A stretch of 64,000 nucleotides of DNA. Source: the human T2T-CHM13v2.0 reference genome, Homo sapiens. Where the stretch lies: the NCBI RefSeq assembly GCF_009914755.1, contig NC_060946.1; one strand, given 5' to 3'. The position numbers and the translations under genes are program-made. Under the pieces are notes generated by a model that was not told the origin of the DNA, did not search any database, and saw nothing but the letters and a program-made list of their open reading frames with translations. This document shows, one piece after another, positions 32,425 through 47,045 of this stretch; positions within the stretch are counted from its first letter, which is position 1, and each line of letters begins with the position of its first letter.

Positions 32425-33179
32425 TTTTTTATATTTTTTAATTATACTTTAAATTCTAGGGTACACATGCACAATGTGCAGGTTTGTTGCATATGTTGTA
32501 TACATGTGCCTTGTTGGTGTTCTGCACCCATTAACTCATCGTTTATATTAGGCATATCTCCTAATGCTATCCTTCCCCCCTCCCCCCCACCCCACAACAG
32601 GCCCTGGTGTGTGATGTTCCCCTTCCTGTGTCCAAGTGTTCTCATTGTTCAATTCCCACCTATGAGTGAGAACATGCTGTGTTTGGTTTTTTGTCCTTGT
32701 GATAGTTTGCTGAGAATGATGGTTTCCAGCTTCATCCATGTCCCTACAAAGGACATGAACTCATCAGTTTTTATGGATGCATAGTATTCCATGGTGTGTA
32801 TGTGCCATATTTTCTTAATCCAGTCTATCATTTTTGGACATTTGTGTTGGTTCCAAGTCTTTGCTATTGTGAATAGTGCTGCAATAAACATACGTGTGCA
32901 TGCGTCTTTATAGCAGCATGATTTATAATCCTTTGGGTATATACCCAGTAGTGGGATGGCTGGGTCAAATGGTATTTCTAGTTCTACATCCCTGAGGAAT
33001 GGCCACACTGTCTTCCACAATAGTTGAACTAGTTTACAGTCCCACCAACAGTGTGAAAGTGTTCCTATTTCTCCACATCCTCTCCAGCACCTGTTGTTTC
33101 CTGACTTTTTAATGATTGCCATTCTAACTGGAGTGAGATGGTATCTCATTGTGGTTTTGATTTGCATTTCTCTGATGGG
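32425..33179 (-). mobile_element. 5'-truncated L1PA (about PA5) 3' end
   Basis: ORF 32649-33167 is the ORF2p C-terminus; 11-bp TSD TCTATTTCTTT at 32414-32424 and 33180-33190 with a TTT/AAAA endonuclease site. Confidence 0.95.
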
Positions 33180-35165
33180 TCTATTTCTTTAAAACAAAGA
33201 GAGGGGAGTCTTTCATTTACATTAGTTTTTTTCATAGCCTTTTGGACTTCGCAATTTCTATGTTTTGGAACCTATTTCTTACAGTTTTTCTATGCTAAAC
33301 TCTGTCCTGGTCAGTTCCAGAGTGTATGAAGAACGAAATGATGTAATTGTATGTGACCTGGCTGTAGTGGAACAAATTTGACTCTTAAGTATGCAGGCTC
33401 TAATTTTCCTGTCTGGTTTTGGTAAGTATTCCTTACATAGGTTTTTTCTTTGAAAATCTGGGATTGAGAGGTTGATGAATGAAACTTAATCCTTTCACTT
33501 TGTTGTATATAGGTTTGCAATAATTAGGTCAGAGTGGAGTTTTAAGGTCATGAAGGGGGCTGATGACTTACAAATAATGGGCTCTGATTGGGCAACTACT
33601 CATCTGAGTTCCTTCCATTTGACCTAATTAAGCTTGTGAAATTTACGCTAAGCCATGAGCTCATCTTTAAAAAGTTTTATTAAAAGATTTTCAGCTGTTC
33701 CAAATGGGACTTATTAGTGGAATGTGTTTTAAAGGATCATATCAGATGAATGAAAGGTATTTGATCCTTTCTTACCTTAATAATAAAATGATGGTTTGGA
33801 AAAATAGGCTACAGTCTAACCACGGTGCTATTATTAGGATTTCTTGTTAAACATAGGTCTAAGCCTAAGTATGTCAATACAACAAATACTTACTGTTTCA
33901 TTTCTAGTAATAAAAAAAACAAGAAGTCTTTCTGGCATAAGGATGATTTTCATCTGGTTATTTTGAAACATTTTTGTAAAATAAATTTCCATCTATAAAG
34001 AACATTTGTATTTGTAAGGAGGGGTATGTCTCTGTGCACTGGAAGAGAGGGAGGACTAAATCACTGGGAAGCCTTATGTTAAAGAAGCCATTGGCTTAAA
34101 TCAGCAAAGCAAGCCATCCCTTGGTTTAAGGTGTTTTTCCTGGCATCCTGTCTTGACTAGAACTTTACCTACACCTTCCTTTTTGGTTTAGGCAAATTAT
34201 AGTATCTAAACCTGAAGTCTCAGCTCTCTGTCTTTGAGATAAAAATGTTCTACCATGTCTTCTCTGGAACCTGATAACTATCTATCTCTTTAAAATGCAA
34301 GTCTAGGGAGATGACTCATCAGAAAAAGAAGAAAAAAGAGGTATTTGGAAATTGTGCAAATTAAAGCAGCCCCTGATGCCAAAGTCTACACATTCCTGAG
34401 TGAGTCAGTTCTGGCCAGTTCTAGCTGGATCAAGAGAGCTCTGCTGGGCAGGCCTGAAGAGCAGCTGGATGGCAGACACCTGAGGAGCCAGGTGCCTGAA
34501 ACTTCCTCCACCTGCTTGAGGAGCACCAAAGCCCAGGTGCTGGCTGGACAACCCCTTCTGGCTGCCTAAGCAGGTGGCAGAGGAAGGAAAAAAGGTCAGA
34601 AGCAGAGTGTTGAACCCTGCCTCCCAGGTGGGTGGAAGATGCCTGTCGCCAAACTAGTGCCCAGCTTGCCGAGTGAGTTGGGTGAACTGGTGATCTCCCA
34701 AGTGAGTGGACGTCAAAACTGCATGGTCCCAGACTTCACCTCGGCCAGCGAAGGGGAGAGAGGGTTAATGTTAACTGCACGAGGCCCACTATAGCCTTAA
34801 ATTCTGTAATTCAAACCCTTCCTTTAGAGACAAAACAAACATGACAAGGAATTCTGAGGTCAGGGGACAAGAATCACAAGTTCTGTAGTGGGAGACTGAG
34901 GAGGCAGTGTCCTTTCTGCCCTTGGTCTACTGGCTAAGAACCTTCCTCAGCCTGACCTTTCCACATTGCACTTTCAGCTCTGTTTGCAATTTTCCTCCTT
35001 TACTGCTGAGGGAATCCTAGTCTTCGATCCTGAAATCTATACGTTCCTAATGGGTGGTTAAAAAAAACCTCAGCAAGAGAAGCAGAAAATGTTTCCTCTT
35101 CCTGAAAAACAACTGTAGAAAGGCAGGCACCATTCTGGGTGGAACATGGTCCTTGCAAAAGTCTT

Positions 35166-35468
<303 letters not shown>

Positions 35469-36913
35469 AAGATTCTGTTTTGATAGAACACTTCTGTCTC
35501 TCTCATATTGTATTTAGAAAAGTTAGAAAGTAAAGGATAATGTATATAGAAAGCTTTTTGAAGACTCTTAAGAAGTTCATAAATATGGGGCACTATGACT
35601 ATGCATATGAAAATATTTCCTATCAGTTGGCAGTTACCACCTCTTATAGTGGCATGGAACCTCTTGAGTTAAACCAAGGCTCAGTGAGATTTGGTGATTT
35701 AGGTAGTGTCATTTTATGAACAAGGGGGACCCTACTCAGGTCTTTTATTTTATTATACTTCTCTTTGACATTCACTCCAGTTAAAGAACTCTTTCAAAAG
35801 ACCTCATGCCTGGTCTCATGGAGATTCAAAGGTGTTTGAGTCCTTCCTTATTATGTCCTTGGAAGATGCTTTGAGGACCCCAGTGATGAATCTCAAGAAC
35901 TCTGTCTCCATTATCCCTGTATAGGGCACCTCATCACTCTGGTGTTATCCCTGAAGGGCCTTCATATTAATGTGCTTAAAGAGTCCCCTATTATGTCCTT
36001 CAGGATGGAGCTTGACTTGCCCAAATTGCTATGTACATGTTAAAGAGAGGCTGGAACTGAAGTTGGTCATTTCTCACTGGATCAGTCAACAAGATTTGAG
36101 TACTTTCTGTGTGCTCTGCATCATTCTGAGTACTCTGGGGGACAGAATAAGGCATGGCTCCTGCCTTCAAGGAGTATGGAATTTAATAGAAGATGACAAC
36201 ATACATGATTGTAAATCTATCTACATGAGAGTGCCTAATTGTGAGATTCCTAATAAACGGCAAGATATGTTCTGAAAATGTGAAACATAAATGAGGTTGA
36301 AGATATTGTGAAAAGTTTAGCAGAGGAGGAATAATTCGTCAGGTTCTTTAAATATAAGTAAAGGGGAAAGGAAGGACCATTTTTAAGTTTAGATATTCCA
36401 AGGGTTATTGGTGAGGTTGATTATGGTATGTCTTCTCGTTGATGAGGGAGGAGACTGGCGAATAGTGGAAAATAAAGTTAAATAGCTAGGGTGGGGCCAA
36501 ATTATGGGTTTTAATAAAAGCCAGGCATAGAAATTTAGATTGGGGTGGTAGAAAAAGGAAGGCTTTAAAAGTTTTTGAGCCAATGAATGACATCATACAA
36601 GTTCTATATAAAGAGCAGTGATTTCAGGATGGGAGAGAATGGCATCAGGAAGACCCACTTGAATGCTGAAGTAATGTTACTAACAGTGCCATTAGTAACA
36701 TTAATGTTACTAGGGCCTGGACTGATATGCTGATGGAAGTGAGAATGAAGAATAAGGTGGGATGAAAGAGATTTTGACAAGAGTTTTTTTAATGAACCTG
36801 AAATGGGAAAGGGCGAGATTAACTAAGCCTGCTTGCCATGGACAGCAATGGGGTTGCTAGAAGATTAGCTGTGCGGAAAAAGTTATGCATTTACCTTTGG
36901 GCATAATGAAATG

Positions 36914-37229
36914 CAATTGACTCTCCATATTCATGGGTTCTGCATCCACCGATTCAAAGAACTGTGGAACAAAATTGTCAGAAAAAACAATACAATGATA
37001 AAAAATGATACAAATAGAAAACAACATGGTATACCAACTATTTACATAGCATTTACATCGTATTAAGTGTTATTAAGTAATCTAGAGATGATTTAAAGCA
37101 TATAGGAGGATGTGTTTAGGTTATATGCAAATACTACACTATTTTATACCAGTAACTTGAGCATCCATGGATTTTGGTATACAAGGGGGATCCTGGAGCC
37201 AATTCCCCATGCATATCAAAGGATGACTG
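36914..37229 (+). mobile_element. MER2-like (Tigger) DNA transposon
   Basis: CAATTGACTCTCCATATTCATGGGTTCTGCATCC...GGATGACTG followed by TA. Confidence 0.75.
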
Positions 37230-39693
37230 TATGAGTTATCTGTAAAATGGTTTGGTTGAAATATTTAGAAAACAACTAGAAATACAAGACTGGCTGTTGG
37301 ATGAAAAAAACATAGGACTAGGAAATTCAGGTATGCTAGTCTTTTTGAGTATTGCTTTAAGCCATGGGAAAAGAGCTCTCTGTGAGTTCCAAGACAGATG
37401 CAAGGACTGGAATTCATGCACAGCTTCTAACAGATAAATCTGAAGAGTTCTTAGTATGCATGTTGACTGAAATTACTTTAGAAGTAATTTTTCTCCTGGT
37501 GATAAAAGGCATGTAAGGCTATTTTAGGAAATTGAAAAATGCAAAATGGTATAAAGAAAAAGAAAAGATAATCATTAATAGTACGTTAGTAAACAAGATT
37601 TGACTAAAGATATGACTTTCCTCCTGCTTGTTTTCTTATGCATATAAAGGGATAGGAAATATGTATGTATGTATGTGTGTGTATAGGATCATGCACTATA
37701 TATAGCTTGCTTCTTTTTCCATTATGATAATTTTCCCATGTCATGAATTACAGCTTGCAAGTGCTTATTCTTAAAGGGCTGCATTATTTTTCATTAATTG
37801 GATTTATTGTTATTTAATTGGAGCTCTATTATTGAACATTTAGATTGCTTCCAAAATTTTTTGCTCTTGTTAATATATTGTAATAAACTTCTGTGCAACA
37901 CATACTCTTCACCTGCTACTTACATATGACTTCTGTAAGCAGAGACCTCTGTATCCCCAGGACCTAGAAGGTTACCTGGACATAGTAGTTGCTTAATTAA
38001 AAAAAAATTATTGATTGAATGAAAGAAGACTATTAAATGTTAAGTTCTTATTTTTTTTTATTCTGATTCCCTGTGTATCCAGGGGCCTCTTATTTGGCTT
38101 CATGTATGAGTTTGGCTGTAATGAAAGTATTGGCCATATATGACCATAAACAGGCATTCCTATTTCTGTCACAGTTATATTTGTCATTCTGTATCAATAC
38201 ATCTATATCCTGATTTCTATTGAAGCATGGTTAATTTTGTTTGCTTCTAAGCAATGTAGCTACCCTATTGATGCTGATAAAAATAAATTTCTGAACCTAT
38301 AAGACTGAGGATTGGGCCTTGGTTGTGGTAAATTGGCAAGATAATGGATGCTACCCTGTCAAGAGCCCTCTGAAAAGTCTGCCACCCTTCACCAGGTAGA
38401 AACTCCTGGCAGTGCCACATTTTCCAGTTTGACGCCCTGTGATACCCTGAAAAGACAGATGTTTGACTCTTTTCAAATAATATTTTAACATATTTTAAGA
38501 CGCAAAGGCATTGTGTCAGACTTTTTTCTTAAGAATATATTTCATTACCACTCAGAAGTTAGCTTCCAAAAGAAATAAGTGTGTGCAAAGGTTTATGATA
38601 GTGGTGTAGAGAAGTTTTTAAAATAAATGTGCATCTTTTATGGTAATAAAAGCACATTATGAAGAATTTTTTAGGTCCAGTTCACAGATTCCTTGTGCCT
38701 GGGGAAAACTTTATTAGAAAATTAGATGATTTCTAATTTGATTAGGGGAAGTCTAATGGGAAAACTTTTTAACTGAGCGGTCCAATTCGAAACATGAATA
38801 TCTGTGCTGGAAGCTTCTATTGAACTTTACTTAAGTCACATCTAAGACCCTCTGCCTGTCAGTCCACCATTACCCTAACAGTGGTAGAAATTCTTTAAAT
38901 GACACCTAGATCTTTTTTTGTTGCACTTTTAAGCTGTGTAGGAAACACACTGCCCACATGTTCATACAACACAGAGTGATTATCCACTTAGTTCCTAAAA
39001 AGTTGTGTTTGGTTATGGGGTTTGATCCCACTTGTCCAGGGTTTAGGTCAGCTACTGAAGATTAGGATATCTGGGTACCTCTTACTGGAGAATTCATTCC
39101 TGTTTTCATTTCATTCCTGGGGGCAATATTCAATCTGGTGTGGCCCTCTGTATTATAAAATGTTTCCCAGATTGTGTTTATCTGAAATACAAATCCAAGA
39201 AGAAGCATGGTGTTAATTGCCGTGTAAAAAAGATTCCAGAATCAAGAGCTTGAGAAGTTCTATTCCTTCCTTCATAGGTTCAGTTGTTTAACCCAGCATT
39301 TTTCAAACATATTTTACTCCTAGAACATGTTTTTCCTCAAACATATTTAAGAAAAAAGCGTTTTGTAGAACACATTTGGACAAATGATACTTACATCATT
39401 GCTTTGTTTTTTAAATTTTAGTTTGACTCAATTTTACAGTTTCAGGATTTTGTTTCTGTTTCAGGTTTTAAGCTTTTCTTTGATAAATAGTTACTTTCCT
39501 AGTCTGAAAACTATACATTGTTTCAGTAATGAATTCATTATGTAAATTTGCCCATCATTCATCTAAAGGGAATAAAAATTAAATTGTTTTTTTAAATTTT
39601 GACTTGTGTCACATATGAGAATATAAAGTATATCTGTACAATAAAGGAAAGTGAAACATCAAAGTATCTACCTCAGGTTAAGAAGCAGAACTT

Positions 39694-39924
39694 GGCCAGG
39701 CATGGTGGCTCACACCTGTAATCCCAGCACATTGGGAGGCAGAAGTGGGAAGATCACTTGAAGCCAGGAGTTGGAGACCAGCTTGTTCAATAAAGGAAGA
39801 CCTCATCTCTAACAACAACCACAACAGCAAAAAATTAGCCAGGCACGGTGGCACATGCTTAGAGTCCCAGCTACTGGTGCAGCCTCGAACTCCTGGTCTC
39901 AAGCCATCTTCCCACCTCAGCCTC
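39694..39924 (+). mobile_element. AluJ-like with an inverted right-arm segment and no tail
   Basis: Plus-strand Alu to CCCAGCTACT (39875), then reverse-complement Alu 39878-39924. Confidence 0.8.
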
Positions 39925-39929
39925 ATGTT

Positions 39930-40310
39930 CTAGTGAACTTTGTTATGCAGTGTCTCCTATTCTACATGTGCAGGAGTATTTTTACAGTATGTACCTGGAG
40001 TGGAATTGCTTGGTCATTGGGCATGTGTGTGTTCAGCTCTATTGAGTGGCATCAAACAGTTCTCCAAAGCAGTTGTACCAATCTACACCCTCACCAGCAG
40101 TGAATAGTCTTCCCATTGTTCTTCCTCAATGAAACTAGATATTCACAGCCTTTTAGGTTTTTCCTAGAGTATGAAGAGGTGTCTCTTTGGGGTTTTAATG
40201 TTTATTTCCCTGATTAGAATTGTAGTTGAGCATCTTTTATTATGTTTATGGGCCATTTATGTTTTCTCTTCTGTGAAATTCCTATTCGGGTTTTTTGCTC
40301 ATTTTAAATG
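39930..40310 (-). mobile_element. Old L1M fragment
   Basis: GGAGTGGAATTGCTTGGTCA...CACCAGCAGTGAATAG...GTTGAGCATCTTTT reverse-complement ORF2 3' region. Confidence 0.7.
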
Positions 40311-40620
40311 TTGTTGTTTGTGTTTTTCTTATATAGGAATTTTTCACGCATTCAAGATGCACGTATGTTGTTCAGAATAGTACCTGAGACATAGAAACAA
40401 CTTCGTGAGAATAGCTATCATTATATTACCATTGTATTTAATCCTTTGTTTTTATGTGTTACAATTATCTTCTGCTAGTTTGTGGCTTATTTTTCATTCT
40501 GTGATGCTAATTTTTTAACCTAGTATTCTAGTATTTTAAAAATACACAATCTTGAGTAGTCTACATGTTCATAACCATGACATATTCATGTTGCATATGT
40601 TCTGTGTCATAACCCAGAAC

Positions 40621-41106
<486 letters not shown>

Positions 41107-41107
41107 T

Positions 41108-41108
41108 G

Positions 41109-41152
<44 letters not shown>

Positions 41153-41225
41153 TAAATATTTATTTGTATTTTGTATATCATATAAAAATTATATATGAAA
41201 ATTGTATATATGTGTATATATATAA
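41108..41225. repeat. (TA)n and AT-rich low complexity
   Basis: Direct reading. Confidence 0.93.
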
Positions 41226-41530
41226 ATGCCACTTATCCCTAATATAGGGACTCGATTAGTTTCTGCTAGTGTGGAGACAAGTCTTATCATGGCTAGGGGC
41301 CATGATGGTAGGAGCAGTCAGAGGATTTCTTGCATTGTGATGAGTGCATATAAGTTAAATGAGCCACTTATCAGTAGATTTGATAGCAGGATAACAGTTA
41401 TATCACTGATACCTAGGCAGTACATGACACTCGGTAAAGAATAGATTAATCCTCATGCTCTTCATCTTCCTCCTAATCTCTTTACCTGTGCTGCCCTCCA
41501 GCTTTCAAAGTGCTCTGAGTCATCACTTAC

Positions 41531-41935
41531 ACAGTGTTCCTTAGCTGCCCCTTCAGTGGGCCAGTGTCTCTGTGCCCCAGTGTTCCTGACAGTTAGAACA
41601 CAGAAAACAGAGCAGGCTCTTTTCCCACATCACAGAACATCTTTGTCTCCCTGTGGATCCCGCACATTTGTTCATTAGAGCTCAGGAATTGCCACAGACT
41701 GGCTTTTCTGGCAATGGACACTAGATTCTTCAGAAGAATATTGGTTGAAATCTTCCTGCTGTGACAGTTCCCTGCATGCAGGGCAGGAGTGTTTGCTTCT
41801 TCCCAGCCAAGGCAGAGGCAGGGCCTACAGAAACTGTGCCCACAGCCTATAATGATGGGGTCTATGAGGTGATTCAGGCAGATGAGGCAGGTGAGTTCTT
41901 TCTGGAAGGCTTGTGGGAAGTCTAAGTCCATTTTT
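41531..41935 (-). pseudogene. TRIM43: TRIM43-like (TRIM43/48/49/51/64 family) first coding exon: RING + B-box, frameshifted
   Basis: [46 protein letters not shown]...[23 protein letters not shown] closely matches recalled TRIM43; acceptor CCTCAG|AAAAATG (exon start 41935), donor ...GAACACTGT|GTAAGT at 41530; several indels. Confidence 0.9.
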
Positions 41936-42194
41936 CTGAGGGAAGAAAACCAGAAGAATTTATTCTTATGCCATAGAGAGACAAAGATCTACGCAAAGTT
42001 TGAATCAGGTTTTGAGTAGGATCCACTCACAGGTTTAAATCTATAGCAGGATACGATTTTATTTTGCACATAACAAAAATGAAAAACTGAGGCACAGAAT
42101 TCAAGCTTTGCAGAAAAATGTGTTGGCTCCCTAACCAACACACACACACACACCTACTTTCCCAAATTCTTTCCTCCTGTATAAAAAAACTTAA

Positions 42195-42576
42195 GGCTGG
42201 GCACGGGGGCTCATGCTTGTAATCCAGCGCTTTGGGAGGCTGAGGCAGCAGGATTGCTTGATCCAAGGAGTCCAAGACCAGCCTGGGCAACACGATGAGA
42301 CCCTGTCTCTACAAAAAGAAAAGGAGGAAAAAATTAGCTGAGCATACCAATAGTCCCAGCTACTAGGGAGGCTGAGGTGAGAGGATTGCTTGAGCCCAGG
42401 AGGTCAAGGCAGCAGTGAGCCATAATCCAGCCACTACAATCTAGCCTGAATGACAGAGCAAGACTCTGTCTCAAAAATAGACAAAGAAAGAAAAGAAAGA
42501 GAGAGAGAGGGAGGGAGGGAAGGAGGAAGGAAGGAAGGAAGGAAGGAAGGAAGGAAGGAAGGAAGGAAGGAAGGAA
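42195..42576 (+). mobile_element. AluJ-like with (GA)/(GGAA)n expanded tail
   Basis: Alu body then (GGAA)n at about 42517-42576. Confidence 0.9.
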
Positions 42577-42816
42577 AGGAATGAATGAAGTTTACAGAGT
42601 TTTTTGAGGTGTTAGTGTACCCTAAATTTTATGGTCTTCAGAGGTTTACCCTCCTATAGCTTCAAGGGGTGAGTCCTGACTGGTAGGAAAATCAATCACA
42701 TTCTTACTTGCCAGTGATTCATTTAGGGAAGACAGCTAACTAAGCTCTTCCACTTTGATTATTTCTTTTAATTGTAACAACCATCTTATCATGACTTCTT
42801 CAAAATTACCCTGCCA

Positions 42817-42920
42817 GTAAGTGTTGGAGGACTCCCCAGAAGCAGAAACTACCATGCTTCCCGTATAGCCTACAGAACCATGAGCCAACTAAAGGTGTTT
42901 CTCAGGTATTTCTTTATATC
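42817..42920 (+). mobile_element. MST/THE1 MaLR LTR 3' fragment, copy 1
   Basis: CTCCCCAGAAGCAGAA...CCATGCTTCC...GAACCATGAGCCAA...GGTATTTCTTTATA. Confidence 0.7.
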
Positions 42921-43008
42921 TTTGGCCAAAATTAAAGAGTTAGGCTTTACTCTCCAAGATACTGCAACAGACAAAAACAAGCCACCACGTTTTCTAATGT
43001 TTTCTTGT

Positions 43009-43019
43009 TAATTCAATCA
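43009..43019 (+). promoter_or_regulatory. DUX4-type double-homeodomain motif TAATTCAATCA
   Basis: Exact match to TAAYYYAATCA about 1.07 kb upstream of the TRIM43-like exon; function not shown. Confidence 0.35.
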
Positions 43020-43770
43020 ACAAGTATTTTCTGGTAAGTTTAGTGTTCCAGAGACTGTTAACCTGGTGATGCACCGGTTAATAAAACATCCTTAAGAGAA
43101 ATAAAAGTTTAAAAATAAACCAGATGATAAAATGCATTAGTGTACACAATGCCACTTATCCGTATGTCTTCTGTCTGTCACCCATGATCCAGAAAATGTC
43201 TTTAGTATAAGCCATTGATAAAGATGCCTGAAAAATTTACATATAGAAGACATAGTCACAAAATTATTTTTTTCCTTTGATATCCCTTGTTACCTCAAAC
43301 AGAATTTACCACTCCAATTCTATTTCTGAATACGTGGGAGTTAATAGAATACTCCTAATCCATTTATAGGATCTACACTAAGTAAAAAAATTAAAGACAT
43401 CTGAAAACTATTTTGTGAGTCCTTTTAATCCATATCAACAATCATGGAATATATTAAGTAATAGACCAAAAATTAATCATCATATTAACCAAAAACATAT
43501 AGCAAGACAAGATAACTAAATATTTTCATTTGGAAATTGGGAAATTTAGTCAATTTTAAAACTCAGCAAATGAGATCATTTCACAGAAGCAACCTAGGTT
43601 TGCTGGTAAATTAAACTTATGACATTTTGTTTTGGTTTGGGAGGGTAGTTCCTCTTCTGTAAATTGTGTACTCACATAAGAAATATATCTATGTTCTCAC
43701 AGACACTTGCTGTAGAGGTAATAATATGAAGTTAGCTCAGGAATCAGGGCCTCACAGTGCAGTGCTGGTA

Positions 43771-43773
<3 letters not shown>

Positions 43774-43818
<45 letters not shown>
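43774..43818. repeat. Pure T45 homopolymer
   Basis: Direct reading; GCC on both sides. Confidence 0.9.
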
Positions 43819-43820
<2 letters not shown>

Positions 43821-43824
43821 CCTG

Positions 43825-43961
43825 TACCTTGAGTAAAAGTTTCCTGAGGCCTCCCCGGAAGCAGAGACCACCATGCTTCCTGTATTGCCTATGGAACCGT
43901 GAGCCAACTAAAGGTATTTCTCATGTATTTCTTTATAGCAATGCAAGAACGTACTAATACA
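43825..43961 (+). mobile_element. MST/THE1 MaLR LTR 3' fragment, copy 2
   Basis: AAGTTTCCTGAGGCCTCCCC...TTTATAGCAATGCAAGAACGTACTAATACA (canonical MST 3' end). Confidence 0.8.
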
Positions 43962-45369
43962 GCTAAGCAGAGGCCATCAGGACCAGCAACAGTCTGAGCT
44001 GGATGAGAGACAAAGCTAAACTTTGAGCAGCAGCAGGAGCTGCCAGGGAGACAGAAAGGAAGGACGGACTCCTAAATTCCAGGATGTCTCCTTTAAGTCC
44101 GTAAGAAGCTCAGCCACCGTCTCCTTACCTGACTCTTCTGGGAAAGAGTTTCCCTAGGTTAAGCCATACAGGGATAGGGTAGGAGATGCCATTAGGATCT
44201 AGGAGCAGAGGGCAGAGACTCAGCAGGAAGAGTGTCTCTTTGAGAAGGAGACACAGTGGAGCAGGTGAGTAGGTTCACGGGGCCAGCTATGGGTAGTGTC
44301 GGGAGTACATTTATAGAAGCCACAATTCCCAAAAATCTCCTGACTATAACATCAGTGCACAGAGCAAGTCAAATGGAGGAGGAGTGGGTCCAGGCAATTC
44401 AGGAAGAAGGAAAGTAACAAATGAGTGGTTGCAGGAGGACACTTTTTCTCTCGAGGTCACTAAACAAAACATTGTCTCCTCCCCTTAACTTCGGAAACAA
44501 GCAATGGAGGGTAAAAGTGTTGCCTGGGCCCTGAGGCAAAGGCATTAGATAATTTCTCTGTCGTGTTCTCCAGAAGGGACCATTCCAGCCTCACAGGCCG
44601 AGAAGTCTGTTCGGTTCCCAAGTACTAGAGATGCTGCTATAAGGGACTCCCGCATTTCCTTCCTGAACCAGAGGCTGCCCAGCCTTTTCTTCCCGTTTTA
44701 TTTTTTCCCAGGAAGAAACTTGCCTGTACAATTACAAGGTTCTACGGTTCTAAATTCCAATCTATTCTTCCACATCATTTTGAAGGTATAATATTATTTG
44801 TCAAAGTGGGATGATAGAAGTGTGGACATAAAATTAAATTGTTGACAAGGAAAAAAACTAGAATAAGAAAACAAGAGACAAAAAATATATGTATGTACAG
44901 TGGTTAGATAGAAATATGCTTTTTAAATATTTGGCATGTGGTATGTGGGCCTCAATGTGTACTATTGCACTAGCTTCCCAAATATTAAAGGATGTCTTTT
45001 AAAAGAAAAACCTCTTGCTAAAAGGTTAACAGTTAAAATAACCAGAGTGGCACAGGTACCAGGCATTAAGTGAAACCTTTCATCTTCCCAGAATAGTACC
45101 TGTTCCCAAGCCAGCTTCTTTGAAAATCATTTTCTCTCCTTTACTATTTAGTTTACAGATTGTATAGTAACAATGCACAAACCACTATAGTAGCAAAAAA
45201 ATAAAGAATATTTTTAAATGAAAACTCACATCCTAACTCTACCAAAACATGAAAATTAAACCTGAATGCCTCCCATTCCTGATATATTTTTCACCTAAAT
45301 ATTCAGCTCTGGGATTACATTGTTTTTGGATTGAGTGGAAATTATTGCCTGGTCTTGAAATCTTCCATA

Positions 45370-45370
<1 letters not shown>

Positions 45371-45420
<50 letters not shown>
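45371..45420. repeat. (TG)n microsatellite
   Basis: About 25 TG units. Confidence 0.97.
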
Positions 45421-45421
<1 letters not shown>

Positions 45422-45589
45422 TGAATATATTTCTTTTTGTTCAGAGCAAACATTTTTTCAATATGTATATTTATTTTAGGCAGATTATGCTGGTAATATT
45501 CTACAAATGTGTTTTTTAAAAAATAACCTTTAATTTAAAAAAATTATTCTTACTCAGTGGCCCACAATTGTTATAAACGCTACTAATGG

Positions 45590-46130
<541 letters not shown>

Positions 46131-46758
46131 GTGTTTGTTTTAGAAAAAACATTTGGTGAGGTTTGGGCTTAAAAATATATTATTCTAAAATATTCATAAA
46201 TATTCCCTAGTAATAAGATTAAAGTGACAAAGACAAATATTTTTCCTGTGCATTTCCATCTCTCACCTTCCCGTAATTTGTCTGTTCCATCCAGCATCCA
46301 AAGGAAATTATTTACAAAATAATGTCTGCATCCTGGGTCTATATATCTATTGCCTATGAGGAGAGCATTTAAGATCTGAGCCATCTTCAAGTCTTATACT
46401 TTGTGTATAGCTCTCATGTTTTTGCAGGTTAAGTAAGTTTGTATACCCTTTCTTTTATTAATCTGTGTATGGTCAGTTCATTTTGGGTAATCTTCAGAGG
46501 GTGAAAGGGGAAGCTTTTCACTTCACTCCTATTGTGACAACTAACTACCTTCTTACTTATTCAATTTTTTAGTCTATATCAACACTTTCATATACATTTA
46601 CTTTTAAACAAAATTTTGCATCATTACACTTAAAATTTTATTTACCTTTTTAAAAGGAAATTAAAAATAAAATTAAAAATTATAAAATTTTACATAATAA
46701 AAATAAAATAAATGATTTATATAAAAATTAATCTGACCTGTGAAAAACACTATCCAGA

Positions 46759-47045
<287 letters not shown>

